From: a virus
Lineage: Duplodnaviria; Caudoviricetes
DNA: 64,000 nucleotides
IMG/VR virus record: IMGVR_UViG_3300028591_000071
Direction: 5' to 3' (one strand)
Shown: in pieces, positions 9,478-17,999 of the stretch
Layout: each line of letters opens with the position of its first letter
Position numbering within the stretch: the stretch's first letter is position 1
The notes under the pieces: model-generated
Seen by the model: the letters and a program-made list of their open reading frames with translations, nothing else
Told to the model about the DNA's origin: nothing
Databases searched by the model: none
Made by a program: the position numbers and the translations under genes

Positions 9478-10329
9478 TTAAAACGGCAATAAGCCATGGT
9501 ATGGGATGTCGCAGTTCTGAAGCCTCGACCTCATGCCGTCCGCAAGAAAGTAATCTCTCACGGGAAAAGACAGACTCATCTGCGCCAAATAAATCTCATC
9601 AAACTTTTCAATGTTTTTCACATAAACCTCCTTATTCCTTTGGGCATAAGATTCCCACTTCTCTTTCAATGCCGTTGGGTCGATGAACTTAAGATGGAAT
9701 CCATACATCCTGCAACAATCGTCATAGTTCTTTATTTCCACTCCCTGTATCGGTCTTGCAAACCCATAGTGATTCCCCGGGGTCGGAGTGAATTCATCAA
9801 AGTCGTTAACCAATATCATAGTCGGCTTCATCCCGCCTACCCAATAATTTGCGAGGACCCCATCTACTGCGTGGACCAACTTATTCTTCTCGTCACATAT
9901 CCACCCGAGCCGTTTGTCCATTGAAGGCGGAAAAAGGTTGACCATGTTCTTATAGAAACAATTATATCCCCGCCATATGCGGTCTTCTGTCAGGGCTGCC
10001 TTTATGTCAACATCCCCGTTGTAAAAAAGAACCTCATCGAAATCGGTGAATGTCATCCATATCAATTCGTTACCGTTTCCCTGTCGTCTTTTGCATTCAT
10101 AAAATGCAGACCTCTGCAATTCACACTTCGCCCTGTCATCAAAAACACCACCCGTGTCCCATCTTCGTATCTCAACAAACGGATATTTGCTAAGCATCTC
10201 GACGGTATTGTCGGTACTCCCGTTATCATAAACGATAAATTTGTCATACCCAAAATTCTCAACATAAGGCATGACATAAGGAATGTATTTTCCCTCGTTA
10301 AACGTACAAGTATATCCTATTATTTCCAT
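9478..10329 (-). CDS. GT-A fold glycosyltransferase (family 2-like)
   Basis: TCTFNE, VYDNGSTD, WMTFTDFDE (DxD), PGNH, FHLKF. Confidence 0.8.
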   Translation of the reverse strand: MEIIGYTCTFNEGKYIPYVMPYVENFGYDKFIVYDNGSTDNTVEMLSKYPFVEIRRWDTGGVFDDRAKCELQRSAFYECKRRQGNGNELIWMTFTDFDEVLFYNGDVDIKAALTEDRIWRGYNCFYKNMVNLFPPSMDKRLGWICDEKNKLVHAVDGVLANYWVGGMKPTMILVNDFDEFTPTPGNHYGFARPIQGVEIKNYDDCCRMYGFHLKFIDPTALKEKWESYAQRNKEVYVKNIEKFDEIYLAQMSLSFPVRDYFLADGMRSRLQNCDIPYHGLLPF

Positions 10330-11192
10330 TGATTGTAAAATTTGTCCTTAAAAACCAATTTTCCCCAACAGGAATCTAAACGGCCACCATATATGTCATT
10401 TATATCGATGCTCTTCCATTTCTCAGCAAGATATATCTGCATCGGATAGGACGAAGAATATATACGCCGTATGAAGTTTTCATCCAACAAGGAATACCCG
10501 TCTATCACTATGGGCCTTTTTTTATATTCTGCGTTCTTCTCAAGCCCATAATCGTGAAAATAATACTTAAAATGAAAAACAGACATCGGACACGGCAACG
10601 CATTTTTCACATTGTCGTGTTCACACAAGGCGTAATGGTTGCCCGGAACAAAATAGAGATTGGCAAAACTGTTGACGTGAAACAAAATCGGCTTCGAATA
10701 CTGATGATTGACGACGACACCGTCATACTCATGCGGGAAATTCCCGTCTGCGATGAACTTTCTCACCGTTTCTTCATCATATCCCTTTGGCAGCATCGGC
10801 TGAATCATCACGTCATAAAAACAATTGATTTCCCGTTGAGTCAAACTATTAAGATACTCCTTGAATTTTATATCATAAAAATAATATAAAACCTCATCGA
10901 AGTCGGTAAACGTCATCCAAACATCATCTCCCGTCGAATTCGCTATTTCCCTGCTTTCTACATATGCATCTATCTCAAGCCCCCTTTTCTTAACGTCGTC
11001 AAACACCCCGTTGGTATCCCATTCCCTAATTTCAACGAACGGATACTTACTGAGCATTTCCACCGTCCTGTCCGTTGACTGATTATCCCATACCACAAAC
11101 TTGTCATATCCAAGGAACTGTACATAGGGCATCACAACGTCAATTATCTTTTCAACATTAAATGTTGTCGTATAACCAATTAATTTAATCAT
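10320..11192 (-). CDS. GT-A fold glycosyltransferase (family 2-like), tandem paralogue of 9478..10329
   Basis: VWDNQSTDRTVEMLSKYPFVEIREWDT, WMTFTDFDE, PGNH, FHFKY. Confidence 0.8.
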   Translation of the reverse strand: MIKLIGYTTTFNVEKIIDVVMPYVQFLGYDKFVVWDNQSTDRTVEMLSKYPFVEIREWDTNGVFDDVKKRGLEIDAYVESREIANSTGDDVWMTFTDFDEVLYYFYDIKFKEYLNSLTQREINCFYDVMIQPMLPKGYDEETVRKFIADGNFPHEYDGVVVNHQYSKPILFHVNSFANLYFVPGNHYALCEHDNVKNALPCPMSVFHFKYYFHDYGLEKNAEYKKRPIVIDGYSLLDENFIRRIYSSSYPMQIYLAEKWKSIDINDIYGGRLDSCWGKLVFKDKFYNQWK

Positions 11193-12022
11193 ATTTTCTT
11201 CCTTATCTCATTCAAAAATTCCTTGAACCTATCCGCATCTCCAAGAATTGCCAACACCTCATCCCACTTCTTATCGTCAGCATAGTAAAGATTGAGATTG
11301 GTTGCATCAAGAATCGCGTCATTATGGCTTGTCATACCGCACCCATAAGCATAACGCTCGAACCACATTCCCGGATACTCCTCGGCAAAATACCTACTGT
11401 CAGCTTCCACGTCCTTTACCGTACCAACCATCCTGCAGTTCTTGTATTTCGGCATGTTTATCCAATAGAAAGTGCCGCTATACTCAAGGCCACTGATATT
11501 ATTTGGCATTGCGTGGCACACATTTGTCCTATATTTCGGAAATTGGGTGAGGAATGTGCCGTAGAAGACCTCCGACGCCCTCAGGTTACCGTTAAAATAA
11601 CCTTCCACCTCATTGAGAAATTCAAAATTATAGAAATACATGCCACAGACCCACCTGAAAATGGCCTCTCCGTTAACTTGTGGGTTTTTCATGTTCATCG
11701 TTCCCTTGTTATGGGCGAAAAACACATATCCGTCAAGATTTTCATAACCTTTCAATATCTCCGTCTTGAATGTCTCAACCTCATAGAGTTCAGTGTTCTT
11801 CACTATCCTGATGTTCTTTACCCCATTATGATTTAGGGATAGAATCCACTGCAATCCGTCGGCAATCGTATCCCTGTCGGACAAATCGTCAACGGATATC
11901 GTAAACCTGATTTCATCAAACACCTTTATATACTTGCTAAGGCACATAAAATGAACCTTATTTGCCATATTTTCGGAAAAATCCTTTCCGCAATATAGAT
12001 GGTATACCAATATCTTTTTCAT
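11189..12022 (-). CDS. Unnamed HxKG-family protein (paralogue 3 of 4)
   Basis: FFAHNKG, WVCGMYFYN, GTFYWIN, RYFAEEYP; start at ATG 12022 (MKKILVYH), matching the paralogues. Confidence 0.55.
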   Translation of the reverse strand: MKKILVYHLYCGKDFSENMANKVHFMCLSKYIKVFDEIRFTISVDDLSDRDTIADGLQWILSLNHNGVKNIRIVKNTELYEVETFKTEILKGYENLDGYVFFAHNKGTMNMKNPQVNGEAIFRWVCGMYFYNFEFLNEVEGYFNGNLRASEVFYGTFLTQFPKYRTNVCHAMPNNISGLEYSGTFYWINMPKYKNCRMVGTVKDVEADSRYFAEEYPGMWFERYAYGCGMTSHNDAILDATNLNLYYADDKKWDEVLAILGDADRFKEFLNEIRKKI

Positions 12023-12029
12023 CGTAAAG

Positions 12030-12074
12030 AATATACAAAAATAGATTGAAAATAGCAACCCTATTGGATATATT
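12030..12074. promoter_or_regulatory. Overlapping divergent early-type promoters
   Basis: Minus strand: TTGCTA-N17-TATATT (12058-12030). Plus strand: TTGAAA-N17-TATATT (12046-12074). Confidence 0.65.
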
Positions 12075-12240
12075 AAAATAAAAAATCAGTCAGCAACCCA
12101 CGACTAAAGTTTGTGGGCTTGACAAGGAATGAACCTCGTCGTATGGGAGGCTGACAACTCCCTGCCGTCCAGGAACTTAAGCGTGCCGTCCAACGGCAAC
12201 GCATTCGGGGACGGGTGATTCGCCCTTGTGGCGATGTTGA
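12069..12240 (-). ncRNA. Predicted TnpB omegaRNA/reRNA (scaffold overlapping the tnpB 3' end and right end, plus ~20-nt flanking guide)
   Basis: Inferred from established TnpB biology and the right-end hairpin; the 5' boundary is a guess. Confidence 0.5.
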
Positions 12241-13444
12241 CTGCCGCGTTCCAGTCAGCGTCAAAGACGAGCCCGTCGGCACATACGTAACGGCACCCCT
12301 TGCGGAGCCCGTCCCGGTTGCCGGTCCGGCAGTCCATCTGACTGGTGTACGTTGGCGAAACCGTTTCCACGCGTTTTCCGCGCATCTGTGCCTTGTATGC
12401 CAACATGTCCCGGAATGCTCGCACCGGGACCTGCGAGAACATGTTGTTGTGGCGCTTCCGCTTGAAGCCCTCGTCGGTCTTCGCCGTCTTGGCCTTTATC
12501 TTGGACAGGTCTTCCACGACAAGCACGGAGGCGTCCGTGGAACGAAGCAGGGCGTTCGTCGCCCTGTGGAGCATGTCCATGGATAGGTTCCGTTCGCGCT
12601 TGGAGACTTTGGCGAGATGGCGCCGCGCCGACCTCGAGTTCTTTGATTTCTCCTGGAGTTTCCGCTTTAGGTGACGCACCTTTCTCCGCTCACGGAGGTA
12701 CGTCTTATCCCTGAACGCCTTGCCCTCGCTCGTGACGAAGAGCCTCTTGATGCCGAGGTCAACCCCAACGGCGTTATCGCCGGAAGTGGCGATTGTCGGC
12801 GCCTGGAACGGGATGGATAGGAACATCCTCCCGTCGCGGATGAATATCGTTGGGTCGCACGGCTCGCTGGTGGCGAGAAGTTCCACAACCTTCGGGTAAA
12901 GGACGAACGGGATTTTTACTCGTTTCCTCGCGACCTCGCTGGTGATGACAATCCCGTCGGTGTCAATGCGGGTGTAAAGCCGCTTGTCAAGCCGGAGCGA
13001 AAGCCCGCGCTTCTGCGGGACGTCGGCATTGCGGTGCTTGTTTGACCGGATAGACTTGAACGCCGGGATGACATCCTTGTAGAGGCGGATGACGCCCTGC
13101 GACGGGAGTTCCGGGTACTTTGCCCGGAGCCAGTCATAGACTTTCGAATGGACGGCCTTCATGGACAAGGGAACTTTGTTCTCCGCCAGGAACGTGGCGC
13201 AGTCGTTGTACGCTTGCGCATACAGCCCGAGCAGCCGCTCCCAGTAGGAGAAGGTTGCTTCGGTTGGCTTGAGTTCCACGTTGTAGGTTATCACATTCAT
13301 ATACTTAACATATGTTCTATATATAAATAATATATATTTTGAAAAAAGTTAAGAAATTTGTATATTTTTATTGAAAAATAATTGTTTAACAAAAGGAATT
13401 AACCGCAATTCCTCCCACGGCTGAAACCCGTGGGTTTCCTTGCG
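12089..13444 (-). mobile_element. Non-autonomous IS200/IS605-family element (tnpB only, IS1341-like)
   Basis: Subterminal hairpins CCCACGACTAAAGTTTGTGGG (12097-12117) and CCCACGGCTGAAACCCGTGGG (13414-13434); right end ...GCTGAC; coding region clearly more GC-rich than the flanks; no tnpA. The left boundary is uncertain by a few nt. Confidence 0.85.
12104..13300 (-). CDS. tnpB: RNA-guided endonuclease TnpB
   Basis: RuvC motifs VGVDLG, VVEDL and DADWNAAVNI all keep their acidic residues; YTSQ motif; degenerate zinc finger. Confidence 0.92.
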   Translation of the reverse strand: MNVITYNVELKPTEATFSYWERLLGLYAQAYNDCATFLAENKVPLSMKAVHSKVYDWLRAKYPELPSQGVIRLYKDVIPAFKSIRSNKHRNADVPQKRGLSLRLDKRLYTRIDTDGIVITSEVARKRVKIPFVLYPKVVELLATSEPCDPTIFIRDGRMFLSIPFQAPTIATSGDNAVGVDLGIKRLFVTSEGKAFRDKTYLRERRKVRHLKRKLQEKSKNSRSARRHLAKVSKRERNLSMDMLHRATNALLRSTDASVLVVEDLSKIKAKTAKTDEGFKRKRHNNMFSQVPVRAFRDMLAYKAQMRGKRVETVSPTYTSQMDCRTGNRDGLRKGCRYVCADGLVFDADWNAAVNIATRANHPSPNALPLDGTLKFLDGRELSASHTTRFIPCQAHKL

Positions 13445-13453
13445 GTGATTATC

Positions 13454-14254
13454 ATGAACAACATAGACATATTCATCTTCTCGCAAGGAATTCCCAAGGT
13501 GTACCCGAAATCCGATGAATACAAACTTGTTTCAGTCGGGGAAATCGAGGAGCCTTGTGAAATTCAAAAGATAGATGTAGGAAAATATGACGACCCGCTC
13601 CTTAAAATGGAACACGCATACAGCGAAGGAGCCCGCATCCACGCCTTATGGAAAAACTACCCGTTGAAAAAGTATGTTGGAACCGCACATTACCGGCGTT
13701 ACTTCGACTTCTTTGATAAGGTTCCCGATATGGACACAATATTCTCGACACACGATGCAATATATCAGTCATTCGACATAGGATGGCCATCAATACGGGA
13801 TAACTATGCGGGATGCCATAACATAGACGACCTTAATCTATGTGTTGAAATCATTAAAGAAAAATGGTCGGATTACGCGGGTGCAGCAGACTATGTGATG
13901 GGAAGCAAATATTTCGTTCCGTGCAACATTTTCGTCCTCACAAGGGAGATGTTCTGCAAATGGTGCGAATTCGTATTCGGCGTTTTGGATGAATATAATG
14001 AAAGGATGGGGTTCAAAACCGACCTTGACGTGTGTAATCACGTAGTAAACAATATGGATAGATATGTGGAGGGGAAAGGTGGACCGCCAAACAACAACAC
14101 GTCGTATCAAAGCCGTATACACGCCTTCCTTATGGAGCGAATATCGTCTATCTTCTTCAAACAGAACATAAAGAATCCGTATTACAGCAACATTCTGCTT
14201 ACGGAAACGCATTTTGACTTCGAAAAAACCTATTTTTACCAATATGAGAAATAA
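13454..14254 (+). CDS. DUF4422-like glycosyltransferase-associated protein
   Basis: YVGTAHYRRYF, CNIFVL...FCKWCEFVFGVL and RIHAFLMERI are typical of DUF4422 proteins in polysaccharide loci. Confidence 0.75.
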   Translation: MNNIDIFIFSQGIPKVYPKSDEYKLVSVGEIEEPCEIQKIDVGKYDDPLLKMEHAYSEGARIHALWKNYPLKKYVGTAHYRRYFDFFDKVPDMDTIFSTHDAIYQSFDIGWPSIRDNYAGCHNIDDLNLCVEIIKEKWSDYAGAADYVMGSKYFVPCNIFVLTREMFCKWCEFVFGVLDEYNERMGFKTDLDVCNHVVNNMDRYVEGKGGPPNNNTSYQSRIHAFLMERISSIFFKQNIKNPYYSNILLTETHFDFEKTYFYQYEK

Positions 14255-15479
14255 AATTACGGCAATAATAGTAGATAAAGATTATAACTATCACGATTAC
14301 AGCGGAGTAAAATACGACGACGGCAATAAGTGGTCAGAAAACACATTTGACCTTACGATTTGCGACACCGGCGTTGGAATTGCAAAGAAATTGTATGAAA
14401 AACGAGGCTTTGACTCCATAATCACAATTGGCGATACATCATTGTGGGGAGACCTACAATATATGCCATTCTTCGTCAGGAAGAAATGGGTTCACCTTGA
14501 CGAATTCAATGCAAACAACATCGTTTCGTCGATTATCGCCACTTTTAAACGGAATACGGTTAAGCGGGATGATGAACCGACACTTTTCTCGTTCTTTACC
14601 TGTACGTACAACACGGGATATGATAAATTCAAACGTCTTTATGACTCAATGTGCCGTCAAACATACCCCGAATGGGATTGGTTCATAATCGATGACAGTC
14701 CTAATGACGAAACGATAAAAATGATTGAATCGTTCAAGGACTTAAGGATAACTATCATAAAAAACGTGTCAATCCACGGAAGCATCGGGTTCAACAAACA
14801 CGTTGCGGCAATGGCTTGCGACGGAGATTATCTATTGGAAGTTGACCACGATGATGAACTGACTCCCGACTGCCTTTCAACGATACTTGCGGCAAGGGAA
14901 AAGTTTCCTAACAGCGATTTCTTCTATTCAAACTGTCTTGAACTGAAACATCCTGACGAAGTGGCGATTATGTATGGCGAAGGATGGGGTTGGGGCGAAG
15001 GCCTCACAAAAACGGAGGTCGTAAACGGCAGAGAATTCACATTTTCGGAGTCTCCGGGAATAAATCCGTTCTCAATCAGGACAATTTATGCACAACCGAA
15101 CCATATAAGGGCTTGGAAAAGGGATTTTTATCACAAAATACAGGGGCATAACCCTAATTACTCTGTCCTCGATGACCAAGAATTATTAATAAGGACGTTC
15201 CTTAACGGGGAAATGACGAAAATCGACAAGGTTCTATATATACAACACGAGGGCGACGGCGAACGCGGGGTAAGCAAAGACAATACCCAATCCGTCAGGT
15301 TCGGCGAAATACAAAGAACAACAATCCTGCTTAAGGAATTGTATGACCTTCCTATACATAACAGAATCCTTGAACTCGGGTTCAATGATATTGCTTGGGA
15401 TTACAGTCGCGGATATTCGACATTATGGAAGCCGCACACTCCCGGACAGGAAATGATGAATAACTTTTATACACCTTAA
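14244..15479 (+). CDS. Glycosyltransferase family 2 with N-terminal extension
   Basis: FTCTYNT, SMCRQTYPEWDWFIIDDS, EVDHDDEL, DDQELLIRT. Confidence 0.85.
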   Translation: MRNKITAIIVDKDYNYHDYSGVKYDDGNKWSENTFDLTICDTGVGIAKKLYEKRGFDSIITIGDTSLWGDLQYMPFFVRKKWVHLDEFNANNIVSSIIATFKRNTVKRDDEPTLFSFFTCTYNTGYDKFKRLYDSMCRQTYPEWDWFIIDDSPNDETIKMIESFKDLRITIIKNVSIHGSIGFNKHVAAMACDGDYLLEVDHDDELTPDCLSTILAAREKFPNSDFFYSNCLELKHPDEVAIMYGEGWGWGEGLTKTEVVNGREFTFSESPGINPFSIRTIYAQPNHIRAWKRDFYHKIQGHNPNYSVLDDQELLIRTFLNGEMTKIDKVLYIQHEGDGERGVSKDNTQSVRFGEIQRTTILLKELYDLPIHNRILELGFNDIAWDYSRGYSTLWKPHTPGQEMMNNFYTP

Positions 15480-15482
15480 TAA

Positions 15483-17900
15483 ATGAGACCACAAGACATA
15501 AAGATACTCGGAGTAACCGTAACATATAACAATGAGGATAAAATTCCTTACGTAATGCCGTATTATGAGCGAATCGGCATCGATAAACTCGTTGTTTATG
15601 ACAATGGAAGTTCCGACAGGACGGTGGAAATGCTCAGCAAATACCCGTTTGTTGAAATCCGTTCCTATACTACGGAAAGATATGACGAGGGGCTTATCCT
15701 TAAATTCAAAACCGAAATACAAAATGAATTCAAGGGTCAATATCATTGGTGCATATCGACTTATTTCGACGAAGTATTCTACTCCGACCGTGATTTCAGG
15801 GAAGTGCTGTATGAAAAAATGTGTGAGGGTAAGACATACTTCCTTAAAACGGGGTTGAATATCTTCAGCCGAACGTTCCCGCCATCCGACAATGGAAAAC
15901 TCATACATGAAAATGTCGGCAGGGGGTCTTTATGGACTTCTGATGACGGAATAATCGGAGTCTTCGGAAACAAAGTAGAATTGTTCAATATGAACAAAGT
16001 CTACGTAAGATATCATATGGGCGGCTGTCACGAGTGTCAAATATTCGGAGAAGATTCACCTTTCGAGGACGACATCGCCTTTTTCCATCTCAAATTCATC
16101 GACTTTGATTTCATCGTCAAATCCAACGAACTGTACAGGCAGAGAACGGAAGGAACCGATATCCTTTGTTACGATTATTTTGCAAAAAACATGGAAAAAG
16201 TGTATCAGCTGATGGAAAAGAGAGCGATTTCCATAGAAGAATACATGAACACTCCGATGCATTACCTTATGCCACAGCAGGTCGTGTTCCTAATCAATGA
16301 AGCCGACAAGGAGATGCAGAAAAAATATATAGATGCAATCAAAGAGGCGTCGGATAGCGGGCCGGTACAACAATACGGAATATTATTCTATGGCGTCTCG
16401 GATGAAAATTATGACGAGATATGGTATTACGGGAGGCATCTTGGGTTACTGATTATGAACCATAGCCATACCAATAACGGCAGGGATGCTGTCAAGGGCT
16501 TCGGTGGTATGTTTGGAACGACATTAAAGCCGGAACCTTGGATTGCCGAGATTGGTGATGTGCGTATTCTTACCCCGTCATTCTTCAGGCATTTTGAAAA
16601 ACTCCTTATCGAATCTCATAAAAAAGGCATCAGGGACGTATCCACCAACGGTATCAGGTTTATTAAGTATAATAAATTCATTGAAGGCAATCAACCGTCA
16701 ACGCTTGGATGCTATATGATTGTACGTGATGAGGAGCAAACCATTAAAAATTGTCTTGACAGCATCATCAATATCTGTGATGAGATTGTGATTGTCGACA
16801 CCGGATGCGTTGACAAGACGATGGATATAGCAAGGGCTTATGGCGATAAGATAAAGACGTATGAGTTCAAGTGGATTAACGACTTCGCCGCTGCGAGAAA
16901 CTTTGCAATGTCAAAAGTCAGCACCGATTATTCATTTACCACCGATGCCGATGAGATATTCTCGCCAAGACTCAGGGAAACTATTATAAAACTTAAGGAA
17001 CGGAATTTCAATGGGCTTGATTCCGTAGATATCTATCTCCTGAACCATAACGGAACTGACGTGCCGAACTATTATGTCGGCGGAAGGCAAATAGTGAAGA
17101 ATTATCCAAGCAACATTTGGAAATATAAGATTCATGAGAAACTTTATTTCCGCAGAAACACTTTTACGACAATCGATTTGTTCAGCGGATACATACTGCA
17201 TAAGCATAACACAACGAAGTCGTCCACTTCTAACTACAACAAATATGCGGAATGGTATTATAAAGACCTGAATATGGGTGACAGTTATGTCCTTTCCAAA
17301 GAAAACGGGGCACATTACTTCTACTACCTGTTCTATACGCTCAGATGGATGGATGAACTTCGGTCAAGGCAATATCTCAAGGAATTGTACAACAAAGACC
17401 GCATCATATCATATACCGAAGACCAAAGAGCAAACATGTATCCGTCATTTATTAGTTTTGAAGAACTTTTTGTGTTCGAACTGCTGAATAACTCTACGGA
17501 CGCATCTTATATGGCCGCCATGTCTGAACATATAAACGAAAAATTTCCTAAATACCTCCTGTTACACAGAGCATACGAGATAGACAAGAATGTGCTGTCA
17601 CAAACAAATTGGATAAACCTGTCGTTCATCTCATACAACTATGGCCTTATCGATGAATTCATAACCACTACGGAAGAATCACATAAGAGATTTCCAAACA
17701 ATTCAACGATAAAATATAACATGAATTTCATAAATAGCACCGTCAGGCCGATATACAACTCAAATCTTTTGATTTTAACCACCGATGGGTTATATGTGGA
17801 ATCTACCAAAAACTATTATTCGCATATGTTCAAAAAGGCGGAAAATAATTTCTATGGAAATTATGATTATCAGATAGACCTCGGCGATACGGGCAATTAA
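15483..17900 (+). CDS. Multidomain glycosyltransferase: N-terminal GT-A domain, second SunS-like GT2 domain and helical C-terminus
   Basis: N-terminus paralogous to 9478/10320 (VYDNGSSDRTVEMLSKYPFVEIR); second domain MIVRDEE...IVIVDTG...WINDFAAARNFA...DADE...KIHE. Confidence 0.8.
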   Translation: MRPQDIKILGVTVTYNNEDKIPYVMPYYERIGIDKLVVYDNGSSDRTVEMLSKYPFVEIRSYTTERYDEGLILKFKTEIQNEFKGQYHWCISTYFDEVFYSDRDFREVLYEKMCEGKTYFLKTGLNIFSRTFPPSDNGKLIHENVGRGSLWTSDDGIIGVFGNKVELFNMNKVYVRYHMGGCHECQIFGEDSPFEDDIAFFHLKFIDFDFIVKSNELYRQRTEGTDILCYDYFAKNMEKVYQLMEKRAISIEEYMNTPMHYLMPQQVVFLINEADKEMQKKYIDAIKEASDSGPVQQYGILFYGVSDENYDEIWYYGRHLGLLIMNHSHTNNGRDAVKGFGGMFGTTLKPEPWIAEIGDVRILTPSFFRHFEKLLIESHKKGIRDVSTNGIRFIKYNKFIEGNQPSTLGCYMIVRDEEQTIKNCLDSIINICDEIVIVDTGCVDKTMDIARAYGDKIKTYEFKWINDFAAARNFAMSKVSTDYSFTTDADEIFSPRLRETIIKLKERNFNGLDSVDIYLLNHNGTDVPNYYVGGRQIVKNYPSNIWKYKIHEKLYFRRNTFTTIDLFSGYILHKHNTTKSSTSNYNKYAEWYYKDLNMGDSYVLSKENGAHYFYYLFYTLRWMDELRSRQYLKELYNKDRIISYTEDQRANMYPSFISFEELFVFELLNNSTDASYMAAMSEHINEKFPKYLLLHRAYEIDKNVLSQTNWINLSFISYNYGLIDEFITTTEESHKRFPNNSTIKYNMNFINSTVRPIYNSNLLILTTDGLYVESTKNYYSHMFKKAENNFYGNYDYQIDLGDTGN

Positions 17901-17959
17901 CGAGAGAGCAAGCATTCCACGAATATACTGAACTAATGTTTGGAAGGGAATCTAAAATC

Positions 17960-17999
17960 AAAAAAATCGGAGGCTAAAAAGTCTCCGATTTTGTTTTTT
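17960..17999. terminator. Bidirectional terminator between convergent genes
   Basis: AATCGGAG/CTCCGATT stem flanked by A- and T-tracts. Confidence 0.65.

Noticed and set aside
12104-13300. Cas12f/type V CRISPR effector or nuclease-dead TldR
   Set aside because: Flanked by IS200/IS605 hairpins with no array, and all three RuvC acidic residues are present
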